Source: Octopus vulgaris (taxonomy: Eukaryota). Taken from it: a stretch of 64,000 nt of DNA. Where the stretch lies: the NCBI GenBank assembly GCA_951406725.2, contig OX597820.1:43462001-43526000 (forward strand), read 5' to 3'. Shown in pieces: positions 55,090-64,000 of this stretch; within the stretch, counting starts at the first letter, position 1; each line of letters starts with the position of its first letter. The notes below the pieces were generated by a model. The model was not told the origin of the DNA. It was given only the letters and a program-made list of their open reading frames with translations, and did not search any database. A program made the position numbers and the translations under genes.

Positions 55090-55642
55090 TATAAGGAAAA
55101 TAAGACAAGGTAGAAAATGTTAAAATGATTTTATCATGAAGAACATTTCAGTAACGGTTTCAGTTTTTGCGACTTTTTCAACTCACAGTAAAGCATGAAA
55201 AACAATTGAATTGTGGAAAATTTAACTGAAATGTTTTTAGAAAATAATTCCACAGTGTTCAAATGCAAGGGTTATTTACCTTTTTTCTATCTGTTTTGTC
55301 TCGCTTTTTTACTCTTGTGAGGTCTACGTAGTTAGCAGAAGCTAGTTTGATACGAATTCTTGTCTTTGATTGTTTAGACAAGAATTTATATCAAACTAGC
55401 TGCTGTTAACTACCTAGAGCCCACAAGAGTAAAAAAAAGAGACAGAGGCAAAAAAAGGAAAATATCTCTTGCATTTGAAAGCTATGGAAATATTTTTGAA
55501 AAATATTTCATGTAACGTTTCCACAATTCAATTGTTTTTCATGCTCTATGTCGAAAACGTTGCAAAGGCTGAGACCAGTACTAAAATGTTCTTCATGATA
55601 ATTTTTTTTTAGAATTTTCTACCTCTTCTTATTTTCCTTATA
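55090..55642. repeat. Long fold-back inverted repeat (arms 55090-55365 and 55376-55642)
   Basis: Arms are reverse complements at roughly 80-87% identity by eye, centred on AATTCTTGTCT-ttgattgttt-AGACAAGAATT. Confidence 0.95.
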
Positions 55643-55711
55643 CATATCAAATCGTGGGTTTGTTTTCCATCTTCTGCACATATATATATGTATATATATA
55701 TACATACATAA

Positions 55712-55770
<59 letters not shown>

Positions 55771-55834
55771 TTTACATTTATGTGTATATATATATGAATT
55801 CAATTAAAATTTACATACACTTATATTATATATT

Positions 55835-55951
55835 GGTCTGCTCGGTTAGCCACCGGGGTGGCGTCATTCGAAGGCTAAAACAATGCGAACGCATTGTGAC
55901 CAGCGATGTGTAGTAACATCTGTTAGTCTGGTCAGTCACGTGATCACGTGA
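55835..55951 (+). mobile_element. Probable SINE 3' fragment ending in palindrome TCACGTGATCACGTGA
   Basis: GC-richer island in TA repeats ending in a tandem/palindromic tail. Confidence 0.4.
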
Positions 55952-56204
55952 TATTATTATATGATATATATAATATATATGTATATGTTATACATCATAA
56001 GCATATGCATAAATACTTATAAAAACACACGCACCCACACACATACGTACATATATATATATATATACGTATATATATATATATACTCATATATATATAT
56101 ATATCATAAATATTTACAATATATACCAGATTCATATACAGTGTATATGATAATCATATTTTACATATTTGTAACATACTCACATAGAAAAATAATTCAT
56201 ATTA

Positions 56205-56264
<60 letters not shown>

Positions 56265-56771
56265 TCATTTATAAAAATGCCTACGTGTGTACGCTGAAAT
56301 AGAGAAACTTGAGAAAATAAATTCTAAATATAAAGCAAAAAGTTCTAAATTCATAAGAACTAAAAGGTTGTAGAATATATTTAGCTGTGCTGAGGTATTG
56401 GTAAGAAACCGAGAGAGGGGTGTTAGAACGGAAAGAATTATGTAGAGTGAATAGTGGGGAAAAGAACGAATATATTACATAGTTCATGACTGGTATTTAT
56501 GATTTTTATACATGGATTTGAATTCAATATTTACTAACATTCACAAAAGCGCCTATGTGAGTGTTCATTGTGTGTGTACGTGTGTGTATGTATGTGAGTG
56601 CGTATGGGAGTTGGGTGAGGAATGCTTAGGGAAATGATTTTCTATGTATATCAATGTGCATTTGTGAATTATGAGAGTCATGAGTATGTATGCGTGTGTG
56701 TGCATGCATGTATTTATACATCAGCAAGCACTATAGAAATTCACACACACTCACACAGAAACACACGCGTA

Positions 56772-56845
<74 letters not shown>

Positions 56846-57024
56846 TAGATACGCGTACACACAAACATCTATGTATACGTGTAGATGTATATATGTACAT
56901 ACATATCTACATAATTGCGTTAATATTTCTTTAAACCTATATAAATGTACACGTGTACGTATGTATATACATATTTATACATGTCCATATGTATATGTAT
57001 ATATAAATATATATATATATATAT

Positions 57025-57075
<51 letters not shown>

Positions 57076-57320
57076 AACATATTTAGAAATTTTCTACATA
57101 TACATACATCTAAGCATAAAAATAATTTGAACTGAAAAATTACGCAGCTCTTTCTTAAGTCCAACACAGAAGTCGTTGTAACTCTAGTTTTGGAATAATC
57201 CGGTAATATTGAATACCAACTCCTTTATGGTAAAATGAAATACATATACACGCCACACATACCAACATACCACACACGCACACATACATACACAGATACA
57301 AACATATACATGTATATATT

Positions 57321-57366
<46 letters not shown>

Positions 57367-57618
57367 CGCATAGATTTATTTATATAGGAATCACTAAGTA
57401 AATCTATGTCAGAGTGTAAATGTGTATGGAGTAAATTTGCACAAAGCTAGATTTCATATAAATGTAAATAAACGAAAGCTGCATTTCATGCGAATATATT
57501 TTTCAGTATTTTGTCAACCGATCACATCTTATATACAGGGGCCAGCAACGTAGGACTAAGTAGACAGTAGACTATTTTTGCTCGTGTATATGTATATATA
57601 TATATATATTTATATTTA

Positions 57619-57666
<48 letters not shown>

Positions 57667-57879
57667 TATAGACATACGCACGTGCATACATATTTACATA
57701 CGTACATTCAACCATAAAAACCATAAAAATCTCTAAGACCTCGTTTAGATTGAAAGGATGCTGATGAAAACAAGATCTTTTCATTCACCGCATTCTTTCT
57801 TGGGGGGTAGCCGGTCAAAATTTACTCTGAATTAAAAGCATTGATGAACGCACATACAGTCATACATACATGCATACAA

Positions 57880-58002
57880 ACATACATACATACATACATA
57901 CATACATACATACATACATACATACATACATACATACATACATGAATACATGCGTGAATGCATGCATACATACATACATACATACATACATACATACATA
58001 CA

Positions 58003-58030
<28 letters not shown>
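57880..58030. repeat. (CATA)n microsatellite
   Basis: Directly visible. Confidence 0.95.
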
Positions 58031-58035
<5 letters not shown>

Positions 58036-58267
58036 CCATACAGCTAATTACGGAAGAAATACTTTTGGAATTAGGTATTATAAAAGTGATTGACATTTTG
58101 AAGCTCTGTCATTAGAAACGTTTTACCTCAAGTATCGTCTATGCTCTCGATGATTAAGATCATGGCCGATTTTTGGCCTTTTGCAAGTCGCATTTGGAAA
58201 GTTGTGTAGACGTTGCATACTTCCAAACAAAGATTCACTGGAATGATGAGGTTATATTTATATTCAA

Positions 58268-58665
58268 CTAGCAGTATCACCCGGCGTTGCTCGAGTTTGT
58301 AAGGGAAATAACTATATAAGCATTTTAGAGATGTAAAGTATAATAGCCATTTCAATATGGCTAACCACAAGGGGGGGGGGGGGTTACTGTAGCTTTTTTA
58401 CGTTCTGAGATTTAATAATAAATTTTTAGAGAGTTACTTCCCTTATATATGCCAAAAATGCATTAAAAATGGGAAAAATTGATGGTAATTTTTTTTTAAA
58501 TCGTAGACTCATCGTAGACGCGCACTCATACCCAGAAGGGCTCGATATGAATCATGACTATAAGATACCCGGTTTTGGTTAAACTGCACCGCAAAATGTG
58601 GGAGTAGTTAGGAATCTAAATCGTAGGAGACAGACAGCACACAACCTCACTTTTATATATAAAGA
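58268..58665 (-). mobile_element. Non-autonomous Helitron
   Basis: Minus strand A|TCTTTATATATAAAAG...CGAGCAACGCCGGGTGATACTGCTAG|T; 3' ~60 bp nearly identical to the 33446 copy. Confidence 0.85.
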
Positions 58666-58959
58666 TGACTCACTTAACCATCTCAATTGTAGCTACAGGG
58701 TCGTGGGATCCGGGAAATTTGATCCCATCCCCCAGTGGCAATGGATGTCTACAAAGAGAAAGGATTAACAAATCTGGCCCAAATTCATAATGATCGAAAA
58801 TCTGACACCCTCTAAACTATGAGATTCTCCTTACGCACAAAAAACATCGACTTTAACTGAGTTTTCCAACACTTCTTTTGTCGTGATTAAACCATATAGT
58901 TGGTCACAAAATTACATCTCCTGAATGTTACCTACATCAACCAGGTAGAGTAAGTCAAA

Positions 58960-59210
58960 ATCTTCACGTCTGTCTAAAATCAAATATACCGCACTCAGCG
59001 TGATCCATCGACATCCTATTGCTTTGTCTCTGACAATCATCATCCTCGACGGGATTCTGCTCCCAGCTCTCCATTAATACAAGCCAGATTTCTGACAACG
59101 CAAAATTCGGAGTTTGCGTATTCAAATGGCTAACCATCATATGCATTGCACCACAGTCATATAGCTCGGGATGCTGTCTCTGTTCTAATCCAGTAAGTGA
59201 GCTCATATCT
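58960..59210 (-). mobile_element. Possible Academ-like DNA transposase remnant
   Basis: CGAMHMMVSHLN...FALSEIWLVLMES...SNRMSMDH resembles the GxxH..M..L...SGL..VL.E...R...H segment; single weak motif. Confidence 0.2.
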
Positions 59211-59820
59211 GTGCATTCTATCTAAATTGGCAGCACTAATCACAGGCTTGGGGTCCAGTAGCTGACTAGCCGAAATTCGTGATACACTGCTTGCAGATCA
59301 AACAAATACACTATCTTGATACATCTATTTAGTGATTTGAAAATCGCCAGTTATCCGCGCAATTACACAACTTCTAAAACCACCGACAACGGGCGTAATA
59401 TTATTAGATAATCTAAAAGTTGAGACAATAAAGTAAGGTGGGGATTTTGGCCTTATACCATATGGAAATCAACGGACATCTTTTGATTTTTAGATTAACT
59501 AACATTACCTTCATTTTTGATTTATCTTGAATACTTCAACTCGCCCATACAGATGTATACGAAGACCATTGAAATATATCAGCTGCTAACATCAATCAGA
59601 TTTAACAAGATCTATCCATACCAACATTGACTTTATTTTCTAAGGCCTTCAATTACCTGATATCTCCCTTGCTTGATTGTTTGTTTATTTTTTTAGACAT
59701 TAAATGGATTCTCAAAACATATGGGAAAAATTACTCATTACGAAAGGAAAATACACTATGCGAATTCTAAATCCAAAACTTAAATAGCCACTAAATACAG
59801 AGGTGTACCCTTATTATATA

Positions 59821-60000
59821 CGGTAACCCCTCGACCATCGTAGGTGTTACGTTGCACAATTCCTCACGTTAGGTGAAAATCTACGAAGTAGAAACAGTGA
59901 ACTACTGACTTTTTTTATATTTATAATTTGTATATATTTATTTTATTACAAATGCAAAACAACACCACAGAGGAATCGACGTAAGCCTAAATAATAGACC
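59821..60000 (+). mobile_element. pogo-type MITE, 3'-truncated
   Basis: TA-CGGTAACCCCTCG...GGTGTTACGTT...ACGAAGTAGAAA homologous to 53712. Confidence 0.65.
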
Positions 60001-60226
60001 GTGCGCTTTACATCACTTGTTAAGGTTATCTCTACAGATATTCTATAGAAGTTATAGACATCAATTATATACATCTGACGTTTCGTATCCAAACTGTCGT
60101 AACAAAAGTCAGCACTGGCTATAATTAAAGTACACTGCTAACACAGTAGAACACAGGTTTAAAAGGTTTAATATACTTCATAGTATATTATGATTGCATA
60201 ACGAAGTACGACATCCCTACAAGTCA

Positions 60227-60296
<70 letters not shown>

Positions 60297-60439
60297 GGGA
60301 GAGGCTGCTTTCTCTTATACGAGTATACGAGCAACGCCATTGCTAGAAAGATTCATTGAAATGAGTCATTGATAATTCAATGTGAGACCTTTATATAAGT
60401 GTGTGTGTGTGAGTTTGTGTGTGTGTGAGTTTGTGCGTG

Positions 60440-60496
<57 letters not shown>

Positions 60497-60629
60497 TATA
60501 TATGTATATATGTACGTATACATACATATGTCTGTGTGTGTGTAGAAATATAATTATATCTAAGTATGTGTATGCATGTATACGTGTATGTATAACGTAT
60601 ATGTATATATCTACATATGTCTATGCATG

Positions 60630-60679
<50 letters not shown>

Positions 60680-61462
60680 CACACATATATACGTGTCTGT
60701 ATTTATACATACATGTACTATATAAAATAAAAACTTAAATTAGACTACAGTATGTACATCAACCAACTATAGTATCGTCATGAGTTGGGTGTCAAATTTC
60801 TCGCCATTTAATACATACGCATTCATTGTCTCTGATTAAAACTGGGTTTCTTCACCAATTTTCCATTGTTTTTAAAAAGTGTAGACATAATTATTATCTT
60901 CCAGTGTATTTTCATATTTCTATTATAGCAATACTAGCTCAAATGTCATTGTATACAGCTCTTGCTATGATTCTATGCCTCCTAGTAAGGTTTTAACTTG
61001 CTGACATTTACGAACAGCTGATGATGATATGAGTTACATTTTCCGCACTGATTTGACATAACCAATATCTAAAATATTCCATAGAGCTGCTGTCACAATG
61101 CTGTAGTCTAAAGCGTTACAGGTTTACAGATGATTATCGCTGGAGGTGCTTTAAATAGTCGATGCAATGAATATAGTTCGTAGAGTTAGGTTGAATTTGT
61201 AACAACGAATGTGAAATGGTGAATCTCATTTTTTAATGTAAAATTCCTTTTGCGTGTGTTCTTGCACGTAAGTTAAGTGTTTATTGATAGTTCTTTCTCT
61301 TTTTTTTTTCTTTTTGCATGTGTGTGTTTCAGATAGATTGATCGAGAAAGAGCTTGCATTTTTACGGTTCTTTGTACGGTTCAATACTTTCTCAAGTCCC
61401 TCGCCACTGACTTAGAACAAGTCGTAAGATTACAATTCGAGGTCATTGTGAATTATTGGCAG

Positions 61463-61553
61463 AGAAGAAGAAGAAGAAGAAGAAGAAGAAGAAGAAGAAG
61501 AAGAAGAAGAAGAAGAAGAAGAAGAAGAAGAAGAAGAAGAAGAAGAAGAAGAA
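61463..61553. repeat. (GAA)n microsatellite
   Basis: About 30 perfect units. Confidence 0.97.
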
Positions 61554-61909
61554 GGGTGTCAAGAGCAATACATAGATCAGACAAAAACAGCCTACGTCAA
61601 AAGATGGCTCTGCTTCAGAATTTTTCCCCCTCTATTAATTCGGGACGATACGACCTGTAGCCAAGGAATTAATAAAGAGTCCCTCTTTATTACACTATAC
61701 AGACCCCTTTGGAATGCATTCATAACAAATGACATATCCACCACGACCTTAGAATAAACACACACGCAAATATTAAAACTGATACATTCAAAAGAGATAC
61801 CCAAGAATTCATTAAAAACAGTCCCAATCACTGCTATAACCCACAAGTCACTCTCAGGGCACTTGACCGTTTAACATCCTGCTACTATCATAGCACTCCC
61901 GCATTATTT

Positions 61910-61990
61910 TCTTCTTCTTCCTCCTCCTCCACGTCTTCTTCTTCTTCTTCTTCTTCTTCTTCTTCTTCTTCTTCTTCTTCTTCTTCTTCC
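61910..61990. repeat. (TTC)n microsatellite
   Basis: Directly visible. Confidence 0.95.
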
Positions 61991-62019
61991 GCCTCCGCTT
62001 CTACTTCTTTTTCTTCTTC

Positions 62020-62275
62020 TCTGTCAAGAATTCACAACGACCTCGAACGCACAAGAGTAACCAAGAGAGACAAAGACAGGCAGAAACCAAGAAAATTCCC
62101 CTTGTAAACTATGCAAATATTCTTTTAAAATACTTATCATTTAATTTTTCCATAATTTAATTGTTTTCCATACTTACCGTTGATAAAGTCTCAATGACTG
62201 AAACCGGTACTGAAATGCTTTTTATAAAATTTTATAAAATTTTATAAAAAGCATTTCAGTACCGGTTTTAGTCAT
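62020..62275 (+). mobile_element. Penelope-pLTR-like repeat (same family as the 55-kb fold-back arms) with inverted tail
   Basis: CACAAGAGTAA..GAGACA..AATTGTTTT..CTGAAACCGGTACTGAAATG aligns to 55376-55600; hammerhead-like motif at 62175-62213; palindrome 62194-62275. Confidence 0.6.
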
Positions 62276-62295
62276 ACATACACAATATGTATTCA

Positions 62296-62326
<31 letters not shown>

Positions 62327-63682
62327 ATATATAAACATACATGTGTGTGTTTGTATGAATATATATATATATGTGTGTGAGTGTGTGTGTGTGTATGTGT
62401 GTGTGTGCGTGTGTGTCTGTATGTGTATAAATCCTCAGAAAACACATCAGATTCAAAACTAATGCATCAACTATTTCAAATGCTTCTATATAGCAAAACA
62501 TTAAAAACATTAATTTTAATGAAATGATTCATTATTCCATATACGCGCACACATGTACGCTTATACACGCACATACACACGCGCATACATGCATGCATAT
62601 ATATATGTGTGTGTATGTGCGTGTGTGTGTGTGTGTGTGTGTGTGCATAATATTTTAGACTATTGAATATACGTCAATTAGTGTCCTATAAAGGACAGTT
62701 GCAGGACAAGTTGAAATGTTCGTCGTACAAAATACAGAGTTATACCAATTCCATCTTCTGTTGATTTAATAGTTTATTATATATATGTGTGTGTGTGTAG
62801 ATTGTAAAGTTCAACCCCTTTGTATATGCATATATGTATATATTTACGCGTGTGGGGTGTGCATTACGTGATACAAATAATACATGCAAATAAAAATACA
62901 CTACGTGTTTGGAACAGCGCAATATATTTTCTTTCAAATAAACCCAATTATGCAATTTTTATTCACATAAAAAAGCTACGTCAACACGAATGAATCTATT
63001 TCGAAATTAATTATCTGAAAAATTCAACATGATCCTTGTTTAAGGGAGAAACATATCTAAATATAATTGCTGGCCTGGACGATCTTATTGTTATAGGCAC
63101 TTATTGTCATAACCAGTCTTCAGCAGTTTTTTGGAGGAGAAAGTACCACATTGAATTGAATTCATTTCATATGGACACATGATATGGGATAAACCAAATG
63201 TAACGAGTAACATGTGGTGTCTGGGTTCTTCGTACTAATTGAAATCTCCTTTGCGTTTAGAAAATGAGAGTTTTGATAGCTTGGGAGACTGAAAATTTTA
63301 ATTTTGACGCAAAACAGAAACGAAGTGCGGTAGTTGTAAACGCATTGTACTTAAAATACAGTAAGCATGAAGCAATCCCTCATGTTTGTTATTAAGGAAT
63401 ATATTTCCCACAAGATTGCTCAATGTATCGTAAGTTGTTCAGGAAAATATTATCCGTACATGTATAATAATTGAAAGTAAAACAGTAAAAAAGAAAACAC
63501 ATCCACGAAATATCTATGTAGAAAATATTTACACGACTGGACAAGTTCATAAAAGGGTACCACATTTAAGAACGAAATATGTGTAGGCAATAAATTTGGT
63601 TACTCTTAACATGAAACAAACTGTCAAACTTGTCTTACTGTTCGTACTGAAAGGGTAAAAAAATCAGCAAAAATTACCAATA

Positions 63683-63835
63683 CAGTAATCTCTCGACTAC
63701 TGCGAGAGTTAGGTTCCAAAACTGCGAAGTAGAGACAGTACTGTAACGTATATTTTTTTAATTTTTATAATTTGCATATATTTATTTTATTATAAATGCA
63801 AAACAAAACCGCGGAGTAGTCGATGTAAACTCAAT
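63683..63835 (+). mobile_element. pogo-type MITE truncated by a SINE
   Basis: TA-CAGTAATCTCTCG... homologous to 53712. Confidence 0.65.
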
Positions 63836-63837
63836 CC

Positions 63838-64000
63838 TTTCTACTGTAGGCACAAGTCCTAAAATTTGGCGAAAGGGATTAAGTCGATTACATCGATTCC
63901 ACTGCGTAACTGGTACTTACTTAATCGACCCCGAAAGGATGAAACTCAGAACTTAGCGGCAGACGAAACACCTATTTCTATTTCTTTACTACCCACAAGG
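63838..64000 (-). mobile_element. SINE family A dimer, 3' part (runs off window)
   Basis: Tail, core CTGGTACTTACTTAATCGACCCCGAAAGGATG and spacer TTTCTTTACTACCCACAAGG. Confidence 0.85.

Overview
AT-rich eukaryotic non-coding DNA, saturated with microsatellites and decayed transposons. The SINE and repeat content most resembles a coleoid cephalopod (Octopus-type) genome; this is an inference from family resemblance, not a database match. No intact protein-coding gene, tRNA, rRNA or CRISPR array is supportable, and nearly all listed ORFs are microsatellite read-throughs or TE remnants. Recognisable content: at least four tRNA-derived SINE families; a cluster of R4/Dong-type RLE LINE fragments in (TAA)n; Penelope-like remnants (RT, GIY-YIG, pLTR); Tx1/L1, RTE and HERO-like LINE debris; a deleted Tigger/pogo element; Tc1/pogo MITEs; two non-autonomous Helitrons; and a putative LTR. 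Most notable: (i) four minimal hammerhead-ribozyme-like motifs, two in clear Penelope remnants, all carrying the compensatory U3:A8 core (TTGANAA instead of CTGANGA); (ii) a ~550-bp fold-back and an 82-bp zero-loop palindrome built from one hammerhead-bearing repeat; (iii) SINE dimers/trimers whose conserved interiors and diverged flanks suggest insertion into their own family. Boundaries of decayed elements are approximate.
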